Source: Candidatus Binatia bacterium
GTDB taxonomy: Bacteria; Desulfobacterota; Binatia; UBA9968
Assembly: GCA_041484845.1 (NCBI GenBank)
Contig: JBGPIK010000001.1
Coordinates: 529-64,528, forward strand
Length of the DNA: 64,000 nucleotides
Direction: 5' to 3'
The stretch's first letter is position 1; each line of letters starts with the position of its first letter. Both the position numbers and the translations under genes were made by a program. A model generated the notes under the pieces. It was not told the origin of the DNA, did not search any database, and was given only the letters and a program-made list of their open reading frames with translations. This document shows positions 1 through 8,119 of the stretch, piece by piece.

Positions 1-405
1 TACCAAAAAGCGAAGGAGCTGCTCATCTGCGCTGACAGCGGCGGAAGCAACGGCTATCGGTCGCACCTGTGGAAACGAGAACTACAGAAACTGGCCAGTC
101 AGCAAAGGCTACGGATCACGGTGTGCCACTTCCCACCCGGGACGAGCAAGTGGAACAAGATCGAGCATCGCCTGTTTTCATACATCAGCATGAACTGGCG
201 TGGGCGTCCGCTGACGGATTACCGGACCGTAGTGAATTTGATTGCGTCCACGACGACGAAAACCGGCCTCACGGTCAAAGTTCGGCTTGATAAAAGATTG
301 TATCAGCGCGGCATCAAGATTTCTCAGGACGAGTTGGAGAAGATCGCGCTCCGACCTCACAATTTCCATGGCGAGTGGAATTACACGATCAGGCCCGCTA
401 GCTAA
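1..405 (+). CDS. ISAzo13-family DDE transposase, C-terminal part (5' end outside window)
   Basis: Frame 1 is open from base 1 (..LICADSGGSNGYRSHLWKRELQKLASQQRLRITVCHFPPGTSKWNKIEHRLFSYISMNW..). The HFPPGTSKWNKIEHRLF block is the hallmark C-terminal motif of ISAzo13-type transposases. Stop TAA at 403-405. Confidence 0.85.
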   Translation, partial: YQKAKELLICADSGGSNGYRSHLWKRELQKLASQQRLRITVCHFPPGTSKWNKIEHRLFSYISMNWRGRPLTDYRTVVNLIASTTTKTGLTVKVRLDKRLYQRGIKISQDELEKIALRPHNFHGEWNYTIRPAS

Positions 406-440
406 GAAACTGTCCATATTATTTTGTCACAAGGTCTAAC
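1..440 (+). mobile_element. Right end of an ISAzo13-family insertion sequence (outer boundary approximate)
   Basis: The transposase ORF ends at 405 and a truncated methyltransferase frame begins near 441, so the IS terminus lies in 406-440. The terminal repeat cannot be defined without the left end. Confidence 0.6.
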
Positions 441-644
441 GGCATCGACACGGCTCCATTTCCGGACGAGTTGGTTGAACGATGTCTCGCTCTTGGATGC
501 CCGCCGCACGGGCTAGTTTTGGATCCATTCGCCGGCGCAGGCACAACCGTTAGAGTTGCTTTAGCGAGCGGACGTTCTGCCTGCGGGATCGAATTGAATC
601 CAACATTCTGTGACTTTATGGTTATGGAGCTGAACCGACTTTAA
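441..644 (+). pseudogene. 3' fragment of an N4/N6 DNA methyltransferase (motif I at the C-terminus); 5' part displaced by the IS
   Basis: Translation is GIDTAPFPDELVERCLALGCPPHGLVLDPFAGAGTTVRVALASGRSACGIELNPTFCDFMVMELNRL*. FP.EL..VLDPFxGxGTT..GR..GIE is the AdoMet-binding end of beta-class N6_N4 methylases. There is no start codon and the frame only opens at 402. Confidence 0.7.
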
Positions 645-1706
645 ATGTATTTAACCTTGGCCAAGATTCAGAATTCTCTTTCCTATCTGGGAAATCTTCA
701 CCCGTTCTTCGGCATCACGTATCTAGTTTGTAAGAAAGGGCAACTGCCGATCGGGAGGAGCAAGCATTTTCCAATAAATAGAGAAGAAGCGGACTTCTTG
801 ACCAAATACTATAAACCGGACGTTACGTCCAAATTCTACTTTCAACCTTTTAGGACTTCCGCGGGCCGTTGGCTCTCACCCAAATATCCATCTTCTGGTT
901 CCCAAAGCACCCGGACAAGAGGCGACTTTGAAAAGGCTTTCATTCACGAGAAGAATACTGATTTGTGGGGCTGGTCCAGGGATTATATAAAAATATTAAA
1001 AGCCAAACTCGCGCGCGACAATACGAAATCGATCCCAGGCTTTTGGCTGGCTGTATGGTTGTTCCGAGAGAAAAACTGGCCGAACAAGACCAACCCAAAA
1101 ACTATCATAGACTCCCTTCTGAGCGAGTTCTCCATCAATGAGGAAGAACGCAGGGAACTGTTTGACCTAAGCGTGCCCGACTCCGCACTAGACCGTTTAC
1201 TAGATGAGAAACCCGGTACCAGCAGAGAGTTGTTGACCATCATTGGGCGACCTCCTGACGCGCTTCCAGAAGTTGGGGGGACTTTACGTTATCTGGAGCT
1301 AGTTGGGATCGGTCCCACGAAATCACTAAAATTCACCCCTGGAGATCGATTAACGGTAATCACAGGAGATAACGGGCTAGGAAAGACTTTCATTCTTGAG
1401 TGTGCTTGGTGGAGTCTCACGGGAACCTGGGCGGGACCGCAAGCGTTTCCTATTAGCCAAGGACAAGAGAAGATCGATCCAAAAATCACCTTTGAGATCT
1501 CAGCGGGGCAAACCGCCTCACAAAAGAAGACCATACGTTATAATTGGGAAACTCAACGCTGGCCAGAAGCGAAAGACAGACCAACAATTCCTGGCCTCAT
1601 TGTATATGCGAGAGTGGATGGCTCCTTCGCGGTTTGGGATCCGGTGCGGCATTTACAACTTGAGAGTCCGCTCGACGGACGGAATCATCTTCTGGTCTTT
1701 TCATGA
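645..1706 (+). CDS. ABC/SMC-like AAA ATPase, N-terminal half (unknown ~210-aa N-domain plus Walker A); ends at an in-frame TGA, probable pseudogene half
   Basis: The ATG directly abuts the methylase stop (TAAATG, 642-647). Walker A is GDNGLGKT. The same frame continues after the single TGA at 1704-1706. Confidence 0.75.
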   Translation: MYLTLAKIQNSLSYLGNLHPFFGITYLVCKKGQLPIGRSKHFPINREEADFLTKYYKPDVTSKFYFQPFRTSAGRWLSPKYPSSGSQSTRTRGDFEKAFIHEKNTDLWGWSRDYIKILKAKLARDNTKSIPGFWLAVWLFREKNWPNKTNPKTIIDSLLSEFSINEEERRELFDLSVPDSALDRLLDEKPGTSRELLTIIGRPPDALPEVGGTLRYLELVGIGPTKSLKFTPGDRLTVITGDNGLGKTFILECAWWSLTGTWAGPQAFPISQGQEKIDPKITFEISAGQTASQKKTIRYNWETQRWPEAKDRPTIPGLIVYARVDGSFAVWDPVRHLQLESPLDGRNHLLVFS

Positions 1707-1724
1707 GACGCGGTCCTAGATGGT

Positions 1725-2525
1725 TTGAATGGAAAGATCGAAGGACTTTTGCGAGATTGGGTCAAGTGGCAACATAGCCCTGATCAATCGACTTTTGATA
1801 CTTTCCGGGCTGTCATGAGGCGGTTGTCCCCTCCTGACATGTCACCGTTGGAACCGGGGGAGCCGATGCGCTTGCCTCGTGAATCCAAGGAGATTCCAAC
1901 GCTGCAGCATCACTATGGGCCTGTGCCATTTCCTCATGAGTCCGCAGGGGTGCGCCGGATAATTACCCTGTCATACCTCATCGTTTGGGCATGGAATGAG
2001 CATCGGATTTATTCGGCGCTCGCGAAAAAAGCGCCACAAAAAAAACTCGTCATTTTGATAGATGAAACAGAGGCCCATCTCCATCCGAAATGGCAACGAG
2101 TGATCTTACCATCTTTGTTAGATGTGACGACCATTCTCTCGAAAGAAATTCAACCCCAGATGATAGTGACTACCCATTCCCCGCTTGTGCTGGCCTCCTT
2201 GGAAACAGTCTTCTCTCAGGCCGAGGACAAACTATACCATCTCCATTTGGCAGATTCCGGAGACGTTGAATTCAAGGACTTGCCGTTCATTCGGTTGGGT
2301 AGCGTTGATGACTGGCTTACATCTGCTGTTTTCGAACTTAAGCAACCGCGTTCGCGTGAGGCAGAAGACGCGGTGGAAACCGCTAAAAACTTGATGGCAC
2401 AAACTGATCCAGAAAAACAAGACATCGTATCAGTGACTGATCAGCTCCGGAGAACTTTACCAGCCGAGGATGTTTTCTGGCATCGGTGGGCCTATTTTGT
2501 TGAAAGGAAAGGCATAAGCATCTGA
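1725..2525 (+). CDS. Same AAA ATPase, C-terminal half (Walker B, D-loop/H-loop); frame is open from 1707
   Basis: KKLVILIDETEAHLHPKWQ (Walker B) and MIVTTHSPLVLASL (H-loop region). It shares the reading frame of 645-1706, separated by only one TGA. Confidence 0.75.
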   Translation: MNGKIEGLLRDWVKWQHSPDQSTFDTFRAVMRRLSPPDMSPLEPGEPMRLPRESKEIPTLQHHYGPVPFPHESAGVRRIITLSYLIVWAWNEHRIYSALAKKAPQKKLVILIDETEAHLHPKWQRVILPSLLDVTTILSKEIQPQMIVTTHSPLVLASLETVFSQAEDKLYHLHLADSGDVEFKDLPFIRLGSVDDWLTSAVFELKQPRSREAEDAVETAKNLMAQTDPEKQDIVSVTDQLRRTLPAEDVFWHRWAYFVERKGISI

Positions 2526-2698
2526 TTCCAGTATCTCTGCAACCGGAACCTTCCTTCTTTGAGCAGCGCGTCAGACGACCTGGGCAATCCTTTTTGCGGT
2601 CGAATCCAAGACCAACAAGTCACCAATTTAAAAAAAAGAATTATTGGCGGGAGTGCCTTCCTGAACTGAGACTGGCATACTCTGAAATCTGCGTTTAC

Positions 2699-2925
2699 CT
2701 TAACGTTGCATAAAAATCCCAGGTCGATGGCCGCGAGAGGCCGATCTGGCGGGGGCTTGAGCCAGATCAGGAGCCTCCAGCTGGACTTCACCAAAAGTGA
2801 ACTCTAGGGAGAGGTAGAAAGTTAAGCGAAAGTATCATCACAAATATTTCAACATTCATAGGTATTTCGGTGCTCGCGGTTACGTGGATTGAACTGTCAG
2901 AACCCGAATTTTATGCAACGTTAAG
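2699..2925. mobile_element. MITE-like non-autonomous element, 227 bp, 17-bp perfect terminal inverted repeats, 6-bp target duplication GTTTAC
   Basis: TIR-L CTTAACGTTGCATAAAA at 2699-2715 and TIR-R TTTTATGCAACGTTAAG at 2909-2925. Direct repeats GTTTAC at 2693-2698 and 2926-2931. No ORF inside. Confidence 0.75.
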
Positions 2926-2958
2926 GTTTACTCTGCCTGTTGGGTTCCACATGGGACT

Positions 2959-3354
2959 GTGGATCACTTCTGGTCGAAGACTGCGCGGCCCGACCTTGCT
3001 TACGAATGGAGCAACTACCGCTTCGCGGCTGAAAAACTCAACAATTACAAAGGGGAAAATGCAGACGTTTTGGACCCTTTTAGCATCCAAGCCGGCTGGT
3101 TTATTTTGAACTTTGACAATTTCTTTGTTGAAGCTAACCAAGGTCTCTTGCGATCACTCGAAGACGCAGTGAAGAAGACGATTTCCGTTTTGAGGCTGAA
3201 CGCTGATGATGCTCTGGTGAATTGGCGGTTTAGCATAGTCAGAGACTACGCTACGAACGATCTTAGCTTCGGATTCCTCGAGCGAAGGTATCCATTCATA
3301 GCGTTTGAGCTTCAACGCCAGAATCTGACGGAACAGATAAAGCAGAATTTCTAA
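2959..3354 (+). CDS. C-terminal ORF of the interrupted HNH nuclease (as given in the ORF track)
   Basis: DHFWSK..AYEWSNYRF..LNNYKG matches the H-N-N core of TIGR02646-type HNH proteins. It is not an independent gene. Confidence 0.6.
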   Translation: MDHFWSKTARPDLAYEWSNYRFAAEKLNNYKGENADVLDPFSIQAGWFILNFDNFFVEANQGLLRSLEDAVKKTISVLRLNADDALVNWRFSIVRDYATNDLSFGFLERRYPFIAFELQRQNLTEQIKQNF

Positions 3355-3591
3355 AACATCGCCGCCTTTCAGGCTGCTTTAATAGGTGACGTGGCGTATT
3401 CGAGCAAAGACTGTCCCTGCCGCCAATCACGCCTCCATGCGGTTTTTTGGCAAGTCCTACGTAATTCACGGACGTTGTTGCCTAGCTGGAATAAGTCTTT
3501 CACGTGCAGCGTGAGATGGGCGTTTCGACAAGAAAATGTGTCTGGGTCGCCAGGCTTCAAACTTAGGAGGCAGGTTTAGCATCGTACGTTT

Positions 3592-4002
3592 TCACCGAGA
3601 AGCAAACGGGTTGCGGATTCTCAGTTTTCGGTCGATGACCTGTCTATCCTGCAGGTCTTCGGAATACAGGATTTTGCATCCAGCGCGGAGCGCCGAGGCC
3701 AGAATCGTCGCGTCATAAAACGAAAATCCATAACGCTCGGCTATTTCAATACCCAGGTCGTGGGTCTCGATGGTTAGTGGCTCAATCTCACAGACGGCGC
3801 GGATGGGAGCAAGGACATCTCTGATTTCGCTCCACGACATGCCTAACTTGCGCGAGGCGACTGCGGCAAACTCATTAAGAACCTGAACGCTGATAACGCC
3901 GCCATTCGCGATGAGTTCCTCAACCCGGTCAGCCTTGGACGCATCTTCCGAGAGCAAATAGAGCAGGATATTCGTGTCGAAAAACGTCTCAGCGGCGGGC
4001 AT
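3592..4002 (-). CDS. vapC: PIN-domain toxin VapC
   Basis: MPAAETFFDTNILLYLL..VLNEF..FYDATILASA is a PIN-domain pattern. It overlaps the upstream antitoxin by 14 nt. An alternative start lies at 4020. Confidence 0.85.
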   Translation of the reverse strand: MPAAETFFDTNILLYLLSEDASKADRVEELIANGGVISVQVLNEFAAVASRKLGMSWSEIRDVLAPIRAVCEIEPLTIETHDLGIEIAERYGFSFYDATILASALRAGCKILYSEDLQDRQVIDRKLRIRNPFASR

Positions 4003-4222
4003 TGGCCTCAACGCGATCAAACTTGAAATCCGCGGGCAGGCGCCCGCGGTACTTTCTTAAACGCGCAAGCAGCTCTCGAGCGCCGGGCATCTTCTTGATC
4101 TCGAAAAGACGCGCTCCCGCAACATCAATCTCGATGTTGTCACCTTCCTTGAGGCCGAGCGCTTCCACTACCGACACGGGTAAGCGGACAGCCAGGCTAT
4201 TTCCCCATTTACAAACCTGCAT
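3989..4222 (-). CDS. vapB: AbrB/SpoVT-MazE-type antitoxin VapB
   Basis: MQVCKWGNSLAVRLPVSVVEALGLKEGD is the swapped-hairpin AbrB-like N-terminus. The internal ATG at 4222 was chosen over the ORF-track start at 4279. Confidence 0.8.
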   Translation of the reverse strand: MQVCKWGNSLAVRLPVSVVEALGLKEGDNIEIDVAGARLFEIKKMPGARELLARLRKYRGRLPADFKFDRVEANARR

Positions 4223-4351
4223 ATTTACCTCTGAGTCGAAAGATATACATAAGCTCGCTATATATCTACCACGCTCCAATCAACCGCGCAAGATGGAGTA
4301 TCTATAACGAGGCAAGACAATGTACCAGGAGTCTTTTCTCGACACGCCGGG

Positions 4352-5086
4352 TCAGCGTAGCGAGGCGGGTTCCCTTGGGGCCTGCTGAATCGAACTCCCG
4401 GTTGCTTCAGATCCAGGGCGTTTGAACAGCACAGCGTAAGTCCGACCGCGCCACGTCTCCGGCCCTCGAATCAACTGAAAGCCGGCGGCCGTCACTTCTT
4501 TCAATACGGTTCCCTTTGGCGTGCCATGTCCGCCGTGACGTTCCGCTGTCTCCGGCCGACCGATCCAGTTCATGATCCCGCCAGGCTCGAAGTCGATGAT
4601 CACCAGCCGGCCACCGGGACGGAGCGCGCGCAAGATGTCCGCGTTGATTGCCGCCGGGTCCGTCAGGTGATGGTAGACGAAGCGACTGAAGAGCGCATCA
4701 CAGCAAGCCTCGGGCAGGTTCGTCCGTGAGACCGCACCTTCGATCACTGTAACGTTCGAGAGCTTCGCTTCTGTGGCGGCTTGTCGAATGTCGGCGAGAC
4801 GTGCGGCATCGAGCTCAGTCGCATACACATGACCTGACGGGCCGACACGGCGCGCCAGCGCTATGGCGAACGTTCCATCGCCTGCGCCCAAGTCGGCAAC
4901 GCGCGTCCCGGGTTGTAACTCGAGCCACGCGGCGAGGCGCTCCACCTCGTCCGCCGTCGTGCCGTGAATGAACGGCAGATACGGCAGACTGGCGACCGCC
5001 AGAACGCCGACGGCCGCGAGCGCCAACAGCCCAACAACGATCCACTGTCTTAATCGACTCGGCATGGTTTGCTCCTGGGATGACAA
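4352..5086 (-). CDS. Class I SAM-dependent methyltransferase with N-terminal membrane anchor
   Basis: VADLGAGDGTF (motif I) and LRPGGRLVIIDF (motif post-II/III); hydrophobic segment WIVVGLLALAAVGVLAVA. Visibly more GC-rich than its neighbours. Confidence 0.8.
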   Translation of the reverse strand: MSSQEQTMPSRLRQWIVVGLLALAAVGVLAVASLPYLPFIHGTTADEVERLAAWLELQPGTRVADLGAGDGTFAIALARRVGPSGHVYATELDAARLADIRQAATEAKLSNVTVIEGAVSRTNLPEACCDALFSRFVYHHLTDPAAINADILRALRPGGRLVIIDFEPGGIMNWIGRPETAERHGGHGTPKGTVLKEVTAAGFQLIRGPETWRGRTYAVLFKRPGSEATGSSIQQAPREPASLR

Positions 5087-5213
5087 GGTTTCTACACCTC
5101 ACTTGGCATAGACTGCTTAAAGAAACAAAAGCAAAACAAAGGGCAAAACAAAAGGGCTCAAATCTCTTTTAGCTCGTGAAGCACCACAGTGTCGGGTTGA
5201 GTAAGAAACTCTC

Positions 5214-5436
5214 ATGGCTCGTCCGTTGCGCATGGAATACCCGGGGGCGTACTAGAATGTGGTGAGCCGGAGCTTTTTGTCGCCGGGTATCGGCAGGGCA
5301 CAATCACAGCGAGAAAGGCAAGGTGATGGGGTTAGAGAATACCTCGCCGGTGAGTTGGCATGCGTAAGAATGAAGGAAACAGTGGCAGCGAGAGGAGGGC
5401 TGGCCCAAAAGGGCGCGGAGGATTGAGAAAGCGCTT
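5214..5436 (+). pseudogene. Remnant of a REP-associated tyrosine (IS200-like, COG1943) transposase
   Basis: ATG at 5214 gives MARPLRMEYPGAY, then TAG, then NVVSRS... MARPLRIEYPGA.YHV..RG is the stereotyped N-terminus of this family. The rest is degenerate. Confidence 0.45.
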
Positions 5437-5892
5437 TATAAGAGCTAAGAGCGGACTCGACCCTGCTGAGTGCGACTGACGGCATCAAAAAACAGTGGTG
5501 GGACCACGTGGCACTACCCAAACCACAAGAGAAGTGAAGGAAGCTGTCCCAACAACAACGGTGAAGAGCCTTGAACTCAGACGGCTCTCAGAGAATCACA
5601 AAAATCACGGTGCTTTTTCTCGGGCCTTCCGTATGACGGGCAGTGCGCCTACAAACAGGATCGCTACTGTGGGGCGCAAAGACAAGTGGATATCGTACTA
5701 ACCTCCGGAAAAGAGGTTGGAATTTGGGGCTGGTTTCAAAAGCGGTCGCTGATTAGATCTGTCTAAAAGTCTTTAAAAGTAGGCGTGCAAGGGAGACTCG
5801 GCCGAAATCGACTTTCAACGTTGGGCGCCGGATATGCCGACAACTGATGAAAGTTTTTTCGACCGATTCGGTGATCGGGAGATTAAAAGTCG

Positions 5893-6228
5893 TTATTCCC
5901 CGTAGTCCTTCTTGATCTGTTCAGGCGTAATGAACCAAGCGCCGGTGCATGAGCGCCGTGCAACTTCGCCGATGTCTTTGCCGTTGGTATTGCTTTCGTA
6001 GTTTCCCGGCACGCCGTAGGTCGCTGTGTAAGCTACGGCGGCACCAGCCTGGGTGCCTAAACAGGTCGCGAGCTTTAACGGAAAATGGAAAATGGACAAC
6101 ACGAAGCTGCCGAGATAAAATGCTCCGTCGTCCTCTTTCATTGTCGTTTGTTGGGTTCTGCCGATAGTTGGAACGGCAACGATGCTCAAAATCAAAATCG
6201 CAATGGACAACCGCAAAACGCGTCTCAT
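5893..6228 (-). CDS. Small secreted protein of unknown function
   Basis: Signal-peptide-like N-terminus MRRVLRLSIAILILSIVAVPTIG; AGGAGG-type RBS upstream. Confidence 0.55.
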   Translation of the reverse strand: MRRVLRLSIAILILSIVAVPTIGRTQQTTMKEDDGAFYLGSFVLSIFHFPLKLATCLGTQAGAAVAYTATYGVPGNYESNTNGKDIGEVARRSCTGAWFITPEQIKKDYGE

Positions 6229-6323
6229 CGTACTTCCTCCTTTTCGGCAATCAGTCTCGCTTTTGAAAGCCTATTCTGCTCGCGTTTCTGTTCAGAGTCA
6301 AGAACCCGGAACCGAAGGCGCTA

Positions 6324-7688
6324 TCACGCGCGTTTAGCCCTTGGTGTAAATTGGCGCTGGCCGTTTCCATTTGATTTTTCCAAAGGTATCTTGGCGAATG
6401 GCTTCGATTCTAACACCTGGGGTTTGTCAAAGATCATAGAAGGATGCCTCAAGAAATCGGTGATCGCATAGGCCGGGATAGGGCGACTGTAATAAAAGCC
6501 CTGAGCCTCATCGCATTGACAGGCCTTGAGCATTTCGTTTGAATCGTAGGTTTCGACCCCTTCGGCAACAACATTCAGTCCCAAGTTGTGGCCCAAATCG
6601 ACAATCGACCTGACGATCACCGCGTTGTCCCGGTCAACTTCCATATTCTGAACAAACGATTTGTCAATCTTAATGCCGGACACCGGCAATTTCTTGAGAT
6701 AGGCCAACGATGAATACCCGGTGCCGAAATCGTCGATCGTGAAGCGAACTCCGAGATCTTTGATGTAGCGCAAGGTCTCCATGACTTGCTGCGGGTCAAT
6801 CATGATTGCGCTTTCCGTGATCTCCAACTCCAGTCTTTCCGGGGATATGTCCACATCTCTGAGGAGCGCCTGAATTTGGTTTGGAAACTGCTGTTCCTCC
6901 AAGTTCCACATCGAGAGGTTGACGGCAATATTGACGTCGACTCCCATCTCTTGCCAGGTGCGGCATTGCAAAAGGGACTGGTGAAGAACCCATAACGTCA
7001 ACGGAATGATCAGCCCGGTACGTTCCGCCACTGGAATGAACTCATTAGGAGAAATAATTCCAAACTCCGGATGCTGCCAGCGCGATAAAACTTCGAGTCC
7101 CGAAATAATGCCTTCCTGGAGTTGTATCTTGGGTTGGTACAGCAAAAAGAGTTCGTCAGAAACTATCGCGTGACGCAGCTCACCCATACGCAAAGGGGCG
7201 TGCTCAGCCGTAGTTTCTTGACAGTAGAGGGAGTAGCTTTGTTTCGTCTGCTTGGCCACCTTTAACGCGCTGTCGGCATGTGCAATCCAAGTATCTGCGT
7301 TAGTGGTGTGTTCAGGGAGAAGGGCAATGCCGATTCGCGGCCAAATGTCGAGTTTAACACCATCAATATCCAAGGGCTCGGTTAATGTCTTTACGATTTT
7401 AAGCGCGACCAAAACCGCATCGTCCGAGCCTGTAATGGACAGAAGCAAAACAGCCACATTGCTGCCATCGACTTGCACCACAATATCGGAATCGCGTAAA
7501 AAGGCACGCAGCCGAATCACCATGTCGTTCAACAGTGGCATGTCAAATTGGCAGACGTTAGACGCGGCTTTCGGCACGTTGTCGAATCCAATGAGTAAAA
7601 GTGCGGCCTGCTTTGGGTTGTGTTGCGCCGCGAGGATTGCTTGGCGAATGACTGCAATGTTTGATAAATCGGTGGCGGCTTGAGTCAT
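6324..7688 (-). CDS. Degenerate-GGDEF / EAL-domain protein (c-di-GMP phosphodiesterase type)
   Basis: EAL-domain motifs LYQPKI, EVLSRW, ELEITES, DDFGTGYSSLAYLKKLP..IKIDKSFV and AEGVET. The N-terminal half is GGDEF-like, with DGSNV in place of GGDEF. Confidence 0.85.
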   Translation of the reverse strand: MTQAATDLSNIAVIRQAILAAQHNPKQAALLLIGFDNVPKAASNVCQFDMPLLNDMVIRLRAFLRDSDIVVQVDGSNVAVLLLSITGSDDAVLVALKIVKTLTEPLDIDGVKLDIWPRIGIALLPEHTTNADTWIAHADSALKVAKQTKQSYSLYCQETTAEHAPLRMGELRHAIVSDELFLLYQPKIQLQEGIISGLEVLSRWQHPEFGIISPNEFIPVAERTGLIIPLTLWVLHQSLLQCRTWQEMGVDVNIAVNLSMWNLEEQQFPNQIQALLRDVDISPERLELEITESAIMIDPQQVMETLRYIKDLGVRFTIDDFGTGYSSLAYLKKLPVSGIKIDKSFVQNMEVDRDNAVIVRSIVDLGHNLGLNVVAEGVETYDSNEMLKACQCDEAQGFYYSRPIPAYAITDFLRHPSMIFDKPQVLESKPFAKIPLEKSNGNGQRQFTPRAKRA

Positions 7689-8119
7689 AAGATATAAGAA
7701 ATCAATGGGTATCGACTCGGGGTCTATTAAATTTCCTCTTTAGTATTCGGCACGCGCACAACTGCGAGGAATATTTGATACAGAAAAAACGTGAGCAAGT
7801 GCCATGCCAGTTTGTCATTACGGTCGAGGGTGCCGAAAATTTTGCATTTGTTGGTCATTGGAAAGAATTAGTAGGCGGTCCGCAGCGTGGGCACGGTCAA
7901 CAGCGAATTGTATATGACAGAAATCTCGACTCGGACGACAAGAATGTACCGACAAACGGAGCTTTAGTAGTTTCAGGAACACCGTTGCGGGGCAAATTTA
8001 GGCAGGTCACTGTCCTCGAACATTTGTGAGGCTCGGATCGTGTTCAACCACAGCCGTCAGAAAGCTCTGATAAGACTTTTAACAATCTCAATCACGCGCT
8101 AATTACGGGTAAGCATGGC

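Larger units (their letters stand above)
2522..3354 (+). pseudogene. HNH nuclease of the TIGR02646/PtuB-like type, interrupted by a 227-bp insertion
   Basis: The N-terminal part is in frame 2 (IPVSLQPEPSFFEQRVRRPGQSFLRSNPRPTSHQFKKKNYWRECLPELRLAYSEICVY). The C-terminal part is in frame 1 (SACWVPHGTVDHFWSKTARPDLAYEWSNYRFAAEKLNNYKG..). The two frames join exactly if 2699-2931 is removed. No canonical start codon at 2522-2527 (CTG ATT). Confidence 0.7.

Noticed and set aside
1704-1706. In-frame TGA as selenocysteine or reassigned codon
   Set aside because: Neighbouring genes clearly terminate with TGA (for example 2523-2525 and 44635-44637). I see no SECIS-like hairpin immediately downstream, and the position is not a catalytic Cys site. 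A nonsense mutation or sequencing error is simpler.
2697-2927. The 19-bp inverted repeat as an invertible switch or regulatory hairpin inside the HNH gene
   Set aside because: The stop codon lies inside the repeat arm, so inversion would not restore the frame. The flanking 6-bp direct repeat and the exact frame restoration on deletion fit a transposition footprint instead.
3369-3579. Short ORFs on both strands between the HNH gene and vapC (possible toxin or HepT-like remnant)
   Set aside because: There is only a vague WRRDW..LLEY resemblance, with no partner gene and no RBS.
5102-5117. TGGCAT-N-GCT sigma-54-like motif
   Set aside because: The GG-to-GC spacing is two nucleotides short, and no downstream gene lies on that strand.
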